DNA from: Gammaproteobacteria bacterium
Lineage (GTDB): Bacteria; Pseudomonadota; Gammaproteobacteria; Ga0077536
Direction of reading: 5' to 3'
Length of the DNA: 64,000 nt
NCBI GenBank assembly: GCA_020849475.1
Contig: JADLGE010000034.1
Span: forward strand, 21,286 to 85,285
A program made the position numbers and the translations under genes. The notes under the pieces are model-generated. The model made no database searches. It was not told the origin of the DNA and was given only the letters and a program-made list of their open reading frames with translations. This document shows positions 53,751 to 61,358 of the stretch, in pieces. Each line of letters opens with the position of its first letter. Position 1 is the stretch's first letter.

Positions 53751-54683
53751 TCACTGGTGTTTGCAATCACCGTGATCGAAATCGCATGCCGAAACATCGC
53801 AGGCGCTGTCGCAGAACCCGTCGCCAAGGCTCGCCGCTTCACAGGTCGGTGCGCACATGCCTGCTTCGCGCTGCTTGGCGCGTTCGACATAGGCAGCGCT
53901 GCAATCACCGGCATCGAAGCCGCACAGACTGTTGGCGCAGGCCGACTCGCAGATGTGGTCGCCAAGATAGGGAAGGTAGCAACCGAGAGCGCATTCCGGC
54001 GTGTCGGCGGGCAGGTCGGCGCCGATGCCGGCTTCGTCGACCATGGCTTTGCGTGCGGGCGCGCGCGCCGCTGACGTTGCGCTCTGTGCCGTCGCAATGT
54101 TCTTCATCTGCACACGCACCGGGCCCGCGTATTGATTGGCGAAGCCGCTGACGGCGGTCTGATTGAGGACCAGAGGATAAACCCGCGCGCGCTTGTGCAA
54201 GGCCACGCAGGTGTAGCCGTCGCGCGCGCGCTGGCGTTCCGAGCCCACTTCCATGTCGCGCAATCCGGCGTCGGCCGGCACGTTGAAAACCTGCGCGGGC
54301 GCGCCGAAGGCAAACACATAGGCCGGCACCGGCAGCGGACCGCCGGCAACGCTAGACTGCTCGATGGCGGGCGCGCCGCTGCAGTCGGCGCTGGCAAAGA
54401 CCAGCGACATCACCTGGCCGAGTGCGCCGGACGGCAGGACGTCGGCAAAATAGCCGCGCGTGCTGACCACGCCGTAGGCGCCGATGATGGCGGCGTTGCC
54501 ATCGAAACCGCTGCTGCGGCCGCCGACCGTGCCGATCATTTCGCCACGCGCGCTGACGAGTTCGGCGCTGGTCCCGGCGGCGCCGGCGCTTGCGGCGCCG
54601 GCCAGGCCGAGCACACATGCGCACAGCACGCGGCAAAAGAAGCGCAGCGCGCTGCCCGCGCGATTAACCGGGGTGGTAGCCAT
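53751..54683 (-). CDS. Secreted protein with two C-terminal Notch/LNR-type Cys-rich modules
   Basis: The N-terminus is signal-like. The C-terminus contains CALGCYLPYLGDHICESACANSLCGFDAGDC and CAPTCEAASLGDGFCDSACDVSACDFDHGDC. Both fit the LNR pattern C-x3-C-x(5-6)-GDxxCDxxC-x4-C-xxD-xGDC. Confidence 0.7.
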   Translation of the reverse strand: MATTPVNRAGSALRFFCRVLCACVLGLAGAASAGAAGTSAELVSARGEMIGTVGGRSSGFDGNAAIIGAYGVVSTRGYFADVLPSGALGQVMSLVFASADCSGAPAIEQSSVAGGPLPVPAYVFAFGAPAQVFNVPADAGLRDMEVGSERQRARDGYTCVALHKRARVYPLVLNQTAVSGFANQYAGPVRVQMKNIATAQSATSAARAPARKAMVDEAGIGADLPADTPECALGCYLPYLGDHICESACANSLCGFDAGDCSAAYVERAKQREAGMCAPTCEAASLGDGFCDSACDVSACDFDHGDCKHQ

Positions 54684-54883
54684 GTCAGAGCCCTCAATCG
54701 ATGAATTGCCGGGCTACGATTCTTGCCACGACGAGGACCGTGGGCAACGGCACTCTTCACGCAATTGGCGGCATGGAAGGACTTTCTTGCACGGTTCGTG
54801 GCATTTGCCACCTTGGGCGCGCGTTGCTCGCCGCTCTGCCGTCGCGGTTGTACACTGCAGACGTCAGTCCAGCAGCTCTCATC

Positions 54884-55882
54884 ATGCGTAACAGTCCATC
54901 CGCCGCCAGTCTGCTCACACCCGCGCAACTCAGCGCCGTGCGCACGCGTTCGGACGGGTGGGGCCTGGCGCTCGTCGCTCATGCCTGGGGCGTGATGCTC
55001 GGCGCGGCGGCGGTGTTCGTGTGGTGGCCCAATGTGTTGACCTTCGTGCTGGCGGTGGTGCTGATCGGCAGTCGCCAGCTCGGGCTCCTGATTCTCATGC
55101 ATGACGGCGCGCACGGCTCGCTGTGCCATACCCCGTGGCTGAATCGCCTGCTGGCCCAACTGTTCTGCGCGTGGCCGACCTTCGCCGACACCGACGTCTA
55201 TCGTGCCTATCACCTCAAGCATCACACCCGCACCCAGCAAAGCGACGACCCGGACATCATCCTGACCGGCTACTACCCCATCAGTCGCGCCAGCCTGCGG
55301 CGCAAGCTGACGCGCGATCTCATCGGGCGCACCGGCCTTGCGCAACGTCGCGCGCAACTGCGCCAGGCATGGGGGCCGCAGGAGCTGTCGGCGCTTGCGC
55401 GCGTGCGGCACTACTGGCGCGCGCTCGGGCCACAAACCGTCACCAATCTCGCGATGGCATGGCTGGCCCATGCGGCGGGTCATGGCTGGTTATATCTCAC
55501 GCTGTGGCTGCTGCCCTTGCTGACCTGGCAGCAACTGGTGCTGCGGGTGCGCAATATCGCCGAGCATGCGGTGGTGCGCGCGCCCGACGACATGTTCGGC
55601 AATGCACGCACCACGCTCGCCAATGTTCTCGAGCGTGCACTGGTGGCGCCGTACTGGGTCAACCTGCATCTCGAGCATCATCTCCTGATGTGGGTGCCGT
55701 GCTATCGCCTCGCGCTGCTGAGCGCTTATCTCATCGACAATGGCCACGCTGACAAGATTGAAACCGAGCACGGTTATCTCGCGGTATTGCGCAAGGTCAC
55801 GGTCGCGCGCGACGACGACCCGGGCGGCGCGCCGCGCAAGCGCGCCACTGGCACCTTTGCCAACGGCTTCGAGGCGGTCTAG
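54884..55882 (+). CDS. Membrane fatty-acid-desaturase-family di-iron enzyme
   Basis: ATG at 54884. The three His boxes are HDGAHG, HLKHH and HLEHH, with TM segments between them. Confidence 0.75.
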   Translation: MRNSPSAASLLTPAQLSAVRTRSDGWGLALVAHAWGVMLGAAAVFVWWPNVLTFVLAVVLIGSRQLGLLILMHDGAHGSLCHTPWLNRLLAQLFCAWPTFADTDVYRAYHLKHHTRTQQSDDPDIILTGYYPISRASLRRKLTRDLIGRTGLAQRRAQLRQAWGPQELSALARVRHYWRALGPQTVTNLAMAWLAHAAGHGWLYLTLWLLPLLTWQQLVLRVRNIAEHAVVRAPDDMFGNARTTLANVLERALVAPYWVNLHLEHHLLMWVPCYRLALLSAYLIDNGHADKIETEHGYLAVLRKVTVARDDDPGGAPRKRATGTFANGFEAV

Positions 55883-55897
55883 GCGCGTGCGCTGCCC

Positions 55898-56374
55898 GTG
55901 ACGACGCTCGTGCCTTCGCTGCTGGCGCGCGTGCTCGATGTCGAGCCGGTGGCGCGACTGGCGGTGCTGGACGATGACGGCGCGCCGGAAGTCATGCCTA
56001 TCGTGTTCGCGCGCGTCGGCACGCAGCTGTTCTCGCCGATCGACGGCAAACCCAAGAGTCACGCACGCCTGGCGCGACTGCGTCATATCGAAGCGCGGCC
56101 GCGCGTGGCGCTGGTGATAGACCGTTACAGCGCCGACTGGCAGGCGCTGTGGTGGATACGCATTGCCGCCACCGCGCGTATCGCGGTCGGTGAGCACCCT
56201 GACTGGCAGGCGGCGGTGACCGCGCTGCTGGCGAAATATCCGCAATATCAGCACACGCCCTTGTTCATGGGCGAGCCGACCTTGATCTGTTTCGAACCGC
56301 TGACGGTGCGCGCATGGGCAGCGGCCGGACCAGAGGCCATTGCCACCTGTCTGACGGCGGACAGCGCCGTGTGA
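55898..56374 (+). CDS. PPOX-class (pyridoxamine-5'-phosphate-oxidase fold) oxidoreductase, TIGR03668-like putative F420/FMN-dependent
   Basis: GTG start at 55898. ARLAVLDDDGAPEVMPIVFA...IDGKPKSHARLARLRHIEARPRVALVIDRYSADWQALWWIRI matches the split-barrel PPOX pattern. Confidence 0.65.
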   Translation: MTTLVPSLLARVLDVEPVARLAVLDDDGAPEVMPIVFARVGTQLFSPIDGKPKSHARLARLRHIEARPRVALVIDRYSADWQALWWIRIAATARIAVGEHPDWQAAVTALLAKYPQYQHTPLFMGEPTLICFEPLTVRAWAAAGPEAIATCLTADSAV

Positions 56375-56392
56375 GCGTGTGCGTGCGCCGTC

Positions 56393-57214
56393 ATGGTCGT
56401 GTTGACGACCTCTTTCGATCATTCATTGAGACACTTGCCCATGTACGACACCCTGCTGTTCAGCGCCGCGCGGGTCTGGACCTTCATCAACAAGGACATG
56501 CTGACCTCGGCCAGCGGCTTTTTCTATGAGGTCGGTCCGCGCCTGTTCCTGGTGACCAGCCGCCATGTCTTGCTGGATGCCGACAGCGATCATCATCCCA
56601 ATCGCATCGAGATAGAGCTGCATACCGACGTCGACAATCTCGCTGCCTCCATCGGCTTTTCCATGCCGCTCTATCAGCACGGCAAGAGCGTGTGGCGCGA
56701 CGGGCGCGACAGCGAAGGGCCGGTCGATGTCGCGGTGCTGGAAATCGACCGCGCGGCATTGCCAAAAGGCGCAGTGGTGCAGGCCTTCACGCCCGCCCAT
56801 CTACCCGCCGCCTCGGATGTCATCGAAATCGGCAGTTCACTGCTGGTGGTCGGCTTCCCGCTTGGATTTCATGACACCCTGCACCACATGCCGGTAGTGC
56901 GGCACGCGGTGCTGGCCTCCGCTTTCGGCCTGCGCTTCGACGGTCGCGGCTATTTCCTCACTGACGCCCGCACCCATCGCGGCACCAGCGGCGCGCCGGT
57001 GGTGATGCGCGTGGCCGGCGAGCGGGAGCGCCACGGCGCCCTGCCGTGGCTGTTGCTCGGCGTGCATTCGGCGCGCCTGGATATCGGTTCGCGCGACTTG
57101 GAACAGGATGAGGCCTTGGGGCTCAACTGTGCGTGGTACAGCAATATCCTGCCGACCTTGGTGGCGCCGCGAACGGCCGCGGCGGAGGATGAAGGCGACG
57201 GAAATTCTGCCTGA
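56393..57214 (+). CDS. Trypsin-like (S1/chymotrypsin-fold) serine peptidase without signal peptide
   Basis: The catalytic triad context is TSRHVL (His), VDVAVLEI (Asp) and HRGTSGAPVV (Ser). There is an alternative ATG at 56441. Confidence 0.65.
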   Translation: MVVLTTSFDHSLRHLPMYDTLLFSAARVWTFINKDMLTSASGFFYEVGPRLFLVTSRHVLLDADSDHHPNRIEIELHTDVDNLAASIGFSMPLYQHGKSVWRDGRDSEGPVDVAVLEIDRAALPKGAVVQAFTPAHLPAASDVIEIGSSLLVVGFPLGFHDTLHHMPVVRHAVLASAFGLRFDGRGYFLTDARTHRGTSGAPVVMRVAGERERHGALPWLLLGVHSARLDIGSRDLEQDEALGLNCAWYSNILPTLVAPRTAAAEDEGDGNSA

Positions 57215-57215
57215 G

Positions 57216-58079
57216 CTAGCTACGTGCTCCGCGCATGCGCGCACTCAAGTCAGCCAGCTCGTCCAACACCGTCAGCATTTCATGCTGTCGCGCCGGTGGC
57301 ACCAGAAACACGAAGCCGTCGCAGCCACGCGCGATGAAGTCTTCGAGTATCGCAGCCTCGGTCGGCGCGCCGAACAGCAGTACCGTCATCTCGTTGAAGT
57401 CGCGGCCTGCATCATCGCAGGCGCGGCGCAGGTCGGTGAGCGGGTCGCCCGCGTAGCGGTCGTAAATCGGCATCCAGCCATCGGCGTAGTCGGCGACCCG
57501 CGCCGGCACCGCGTCGGAATTGGAGCCGATGTATAGCGGCGGACCGCCGGGCTGCAAAGGTTTGGGGTAAGACCAGGACGGGCCGAAGTCGACGTAGGTG
57601 CCGTGAAATTCCACCGGGTCTTCGCGCCACAGCGCGCGAATCGCCAGCGCGCGTTCGCGCACGATGGCCCAGCGTTCTTTGAAGGAACTGCCGTGGTGCT
57701 CGATGGCTTCCTTGATCCAGCCACCGGCCACGCCGAACAGCACCCGTCCGCCGGACAAATGATCGAGACTGGCGATGGCCTTGGCGGTGATGAGTGGATC
57801 GCGTTCCGTCAGCAGACACACGCCGGTGCCGAGTTGAATGCGCTCGGTGACGGCCGCGCAGGCGGCCAGCGCCGTGATCGAATCGTGCATGCGCGCGAAC
57901 GGTTCGATGATGTCGCTGCGGTGATAGCTGTTCTTGCGATGCTTGACCGGCACGTGGCTGTTCTCGGCGAAGAACAGCATGTCCAGGTCACGCTCCTCGA
58001 CCGCGCGCGCCAGCGCCGGCGGCGACAGCGTCTGGTCTGTCGGTAACAGGCAGACGCCGAAGCGCGGCGGCGTGTTCAC
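57216..58079 (-). CDS. Luciferase-like monooxygenase (LLM) class oxidoreductase
   Basis: GTG at 58079 overlaps the SDR stop (GTGA). FGVCLLPTDQ..., GRVLFGVAGGW and ADGWMPI are typical of the LLM (F420/FMN-dependent) family. The longer track ORF (to 58430) is Arg/Gly-rich junk overlapping the SDR gene. Confidence 0.7.
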   Translation of the reverse strand: MNTPPRFGVCLLPTDQTLSPPALARAVEERDLDMLFFAENSHVPVKHRKNSYHRSDIIEPFARMHDSITALAACAAVTERIQLGTGVCLLTERDPLITAKAIASLDHLSGGRVLFGVAGGWIKEAIEHHGSSFKERWAIVRERALAIRALWREDPVEFHGTYVDFGPSWSYPKPLQPGGPPLYIGSNSDAVPARVADYADGWMPIYDRYAGDPLTDLRRACDDAGRDFNEMTVLLFGAPTEAAILEDFIARGCDGFVFLVPPARQHEMLTVLDELADLSARMRGARS

Positions 58080-58879
58080 ACCCGTGCTGGGTGCAGTTCG
58101 CGGATGAAGGGCGGCTGCTTGCGCCACATGCGGCCGGCCATCAGACCTCCGTCGACCACCAGCGCATGGCCAGTCACATAGCTTGCCGCGTCGCTTGCCA
58201 GCCACACCACCGCTTCGCCGATCTCTTCCGGCTCGCCCATGCGCGGCATGGGCTGGTCGTCGACCGCGCCTTCGCGAATCTTGGCGATGCGCTCGATCCA
58301 GCGCGCGTCCTTGACGCCGGTGTGGATGGGGGTGGCGATGTTGCCGGGGCATACCGCGTTGATACGCACGCCGTCTTCGGCAAGTTCCAGCGCCACCGAG
58401 GAAGTGAAGTTCACCACCGCCGCCTTGCACGCCGCGTACACATGGGGCGAATAGCCGCCGGTCAGGCCCGCCACGCTCGCGACATTGACGATGCTGCCGG
58501 ACTTCTGCGTCTGCATGATGCGCGCCGCGTGCTTGGTGCCGAGCACCACGCTGCGCTGGATGATCTCCTGGGAATAGTCGTATTGCTCGAGCGGCAGGCT
58601 CGCTATCGGCCCCATCACGCCGACGATGGCGGCATTGTTCACCATCGCATCGAGACGCCCGTGACGCTCCATGATACGTGCGAAGGCGCGTTCGAACTGC
58701 GCTTCTTCACGCACGTTGAGATCGATGAATTCCGCGTCGCCCAATTCATGCGCGAGCTCACGACCCTTGTCGCCCTGTACATCGCCGATGTAGACGAAGC
58801 AGCCCTGGGCTTTGAACAAGCGGGCAGTGGCTGCGCCGATGCCACTGGCGCCGCCGGTGACGAATGCGATTCTGTTCAT
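58076..58879 (-). CDS. Short-chain dehydrogenase/reductase
   Basis: FVTGGASGIG is the cofactor motif and YAACKAA is the catalytic YxxxK. The protein is 267 aa. Confidence 0.85.
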   Translation of the reverse strand: MNRIAFVTGGASGIGAATARLFKAQGCFVYIGDVQGDKGRELAHELGDAEFIDLNVREEAQFERAFARIMERHGRLDAMVNNAAIVGVMGPIASLPLEQYDYSQEIIQRSVVLGTKHAARIMQTQKSGSIVNVASVAGLTGGYSPHVYAACKAAVVNFTSSVALELAEDGVRINAVCPGNIATPIHTGVKDARWIERIAKIREGAVDDQPMPRMGEPEEIGEAVVWLASDAASYVTGHALVVDGGLMAGRMWRKQPPFIRELHPARV

Positions 58880-58897
58880 GGATGCCTCTGCAATCTC

Positions 58898-58964
58898 TGT
58901 GGGTCAGACTTCAGTCTGACATTCATCGAACCATTGCAAGTGTCAGACTGAAGTCTGACCCACA
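58898..58964. repeat. Inverted pair of family-B REPs
   Basis: TGTGGGTCAGACTTCAGTCTGAC (58898-58920) and GTCAGACTGAAGTCTGACCCACA (58942-58964). Confidence 0.75.
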
Positions 58965-58980
58965 ATGTGCCGGGGTCGTA

Positions 58981-60477
58981 TTACTTACAGCCCTCGTCGC
59001 AACACTGTCCGGGCTGCGCGCAGTCGGACTTGTCCTTCGTCAGCACGCCGCGCTCCATCAAACGCGTGACGAGCTTCTTCTTGTCGTCGACAGGATAGCG
59101 CCGGAAGATCTCGGCCTTCATGGCCGCCGGCGAACCACCGCCATGCAGGCTTATGAGTGACATCCAGCCAGCCGCGTCGGAGGCGGTGAGGTCTTCGATG
59201 AAACGCGCCACCTGGGCGCGCTTGTCGTAGGGGATGTCGGCGCGACCGCGCAAGACATCGCTGAGCAGGGCGCGGGTCTCGGGATTGTGATCTTCATCGG
59301 GCCCCGGCAGGGCGACGATGAGACCGCCCGACACTTCGTGGGCGAGGCGGTGCATGTCGTAGATTTGCGTCGCCAGCAACAGCTTGCCAATGTTGGAAAA
59401 CACCGGCTCCGGTTCGACCACGCCCGACGGGTCTTCGGTCGGATAGACCGAGGCCGCCACGCCGCAGGCATAAAAGCCTTCGACGGTCTTGATGAGTTCG
59501 ACCATGGTGTCGCGCAGGTGCGAGTTGCGCAGCAGGTTCAAGCCATTCGCTTCGACCATCATCGCACCGGCGCCGATCAAGAGATCGCCGAAGCCCGCGC
59601 GCGCACCGATGCAAGTATGGCGGTGATGGGTGGCGTAGCTCTTGGTCAGGAATTCCGAGTGTTCGTATTCGCCGCACAGGAACACTTTGTCCCACGGCAC
59701 GAACACCTGGTCGAACACGCACACCGCGGTGGTCTGGCCGTACTTGTTGCTGAAGATGGCCTTGTCGGAGCCGGGCCGGCCGGCCGGTCGCGCGATGATG
59801 GTCAGACCCTTGGCGTCTATCGGCACCGCGCAGGCGATGGCGAAGTCGCGGTCATTGGCGGTCATGGCGCGGCCCGGCAGCACCAGCAGTTCGTGCACAT
59901 AGGGCGCCGACGTGACGATGGCCTTGGTGCCCGAGATCAACACGCCGCCCGGCTGGCGACCGACCACGTGCACGTAGGCATTCGGATTGTCCTGCTCATG
60001 GGGACGCAGGCTGCGATCACCCTTGGCATCGGTCATGGCGATGCCGACCGTCAGGTCCTGGTCCTGCACGTGTTCAAGATAGGCGCGCAGACGCGCGTGG
60101 TATTCACCACCGACCGCGGCGTCGAGACGGTGCGTCAACTGCCACGCCGCGTTCAAGCCGTCCATCGACAGATAACGCATCGCGCAGCCGGTTTCCTGGC
60201 AGGTCAGGCGTGTGAATTCGAGCTTGGCCAGCAGGTCGTCGCTGTTGTGATTGAGCGCGATGAAGCGATTGACCTGGCCGGCGCGCGAGGCGTGGGGTGC
60301 GAGCGCGAGCGCGGCGTGGGCCGGGTCCAGCGCGTAGTCGTAGGTGACGCCGATGGCATTGATGCCGGGCGCGAGGCGCGGCTCGTCGGCGACACTGGCG
60401 ATGGCGTCGCCATCAACGAACACGCGCGGCTTGTAGGCGCGCAAGGATTCCCGGTACTCGGCGGCGCTCATCAGCAT
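58981..60477 (-). CDS. HpaB / 4-hydroxybutyryl-CoA-dehydratase (AbfD)-family flavoprotein with Cys-rich C-terminal tail
   Basis: ATG at 60477. MLMSAAEYRESLRAYKPRVFVDGDAI... and MTDAKGDRSLRP resemble the AbfD/HpaB N-terminal and middle domains. It ends in DKSDCAQPGQCCDEGCK. Confidence 0.65.
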   Translation of the reverse strand: MLMSAAEYRESLRAYKPRVFVDGDAIASVADEPRLAPGINAIGVTYDYALDPAHAALALAPHASRAGQVNRFIALNHNSDDLLAKLEFTRLTCQETGCAMRYLSMDGLNAAWQLTHRLDAAVGGEYHARLRAYLEHVQDQDLTVGIAMTDAKGDRSLRPHEQDNPNAYVHVVGRQPGGVLISGTKAIVTSAPYVHELLVLPGRAMTANDRDFAIACAVPIDAKGLTIIARPAGRPGSDKAIFSNKYGQTTAVCVFDQVFVPWDKVFLCGEYEHSEFLTKSYATHHRHTCIGARAGFGDLLIGAGAMMVEANGLNLLRNSHLRDTMVELIKTVEGFYACGVAASVYPTEDPSGVVEPEPVFSNIGKLLLATQIYDMHRLAHEVSGGLIVALPGPDEDHNPETRALLSDVLRGRADIPYDKRAQVARFIEDLTASDAAGWMSLISLHGGGSPAAMKAEIFRRYPVDDKKKLVTRLMERGVLTKDKSDCAQPGQCCDEGCK

Positions 60478-60595
60478 GACGGCACTCCGAAAATGAGACG
60501 GAAATCGGGTTGCAAGAAATGGAATGGGCGGCCCATCGGGGCTCCTCTGCGTGTCGAGATGGCAAGCCCCGAGATTACCACGGTGGTCGTCTCCT

Positions 60596-60680
60596 CTGTA
60601 GGTGCGCATTCATTGGCACATTCAATCGCGTGGCGAGGCGGCGCATTCCCATCAATGTGCGATTGAAATCGCACCTACAG
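60596..60680. repeat. Inverted pair of family-A REPs with CTGTAGG flanks
   Basis: CTGTAGGTGCGCATTCATTGGCAC (60596-60619) and GTGCGATTGAAATCGCACCTACAG (60657-60680). The right copy contains the TAG stop of the response-regulator gene (60675-60677 on the minus strand). Confidence 0.7.
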
Positions 60681-61358
60681 GCGTACCCCGCCCTCCGGCG
60701 CGGCGAAATCCACCAGGTCGACCACTTCCAGGCGCAGCGCCAGGCGCACCAGTTCGATGTCGTCGCGCACTTCGAGTTTGCGCTTGATGGCGTAATGCAG
60801 ATTGCGCACGGTCTTGACCGACAGCTTGAGGTCGCGCGCGATGTCCTCGACCGTGCGCGCGGCCAGCAGCAGGCGCAGCACTTCGAATTCACGCACCGAC
60901 AGGCTGTCGAGGCGGCCATGGGCCGAACCGAAACGTTCCCAGGCCAGGAGCTGCGCGATATCGGCGCTGAGATAGCGCTGACCGCGCGCCACGCTGGCGA
61001 TGGCTTCAAGCAAGGTCTCGGGCGGACTCGACTTGGTGACGAAGCCGAGTGCGCCGGCGGCGAAGGCCTGTACCGCGTAGCTCGGATGGGCGTGCATGGT
61101 GAAGATCAGCAGGCGTGGTTTGGCATCGCGCTGCGCGATATGCGCGGCGGCGGCGAGGCCGCCCTGGCCGGGCATGCTCAAATCCATCACCAGCACGTCG
61201 AGGTCGCCGTCACGCGCGCGCGCATAGGCGCTTTCGCCGTCACCGGCTTCGGCCACCACCACGAAGCGCGGGTCGGTTTCCAGCAGCGCGCGATAGCCGG
61301 CGCGCACCACCGCGTGGTCGTCGACCAGCATGACGCGCAGCGGCGCTGTGCCGCTCAT
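60675..61358 (-). CDS. NarL/LuxR-family response regulator
   Basis: ATG at 61358. The REC domain is RVMLVDDHAVVRAGY...DVLVMDLSMPG and the LuxR HTH is LSVREFEVLRLLLAARTVEDIARDLKLSVKTVRNLHYAIKRKL. Confidence 0.85.
   Translation of the reverse strand: MSGTAPLRVMLVDDHAVVRAGYRALLETDPRFVVVAEAGDGESAYARARDGDLDVLVMDLSMPGQGGLAAAAHIAQRDAKPRLLIFTMHAHPSYAVQAFAAGALGFVTKSSPPETLLEAIASVARGQRYLSADIAQLLAWERFGSAHGRLDSLSVREFEVLRLLLAARTVEDIARDLKLSVKTVRNLHYAIKRKLEVRDDIELVRLALRLEVVDLVDFAAPEGGVRL

Noticed and set aside
58981-60477. Calling this gene a bona fide 4-hydroxybutyryl-CoA dehydratase (abfD).
   Set aside because: The Cys/His spacing I recall for the [4Fe-4S] ligands is not reproduced (TGCAMRYL, HHRHTCIGA). 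No other 4-aminobutyrate or 4-hydroxybutyrate fermentation genes are adjacent. Only a family-level call is justified.
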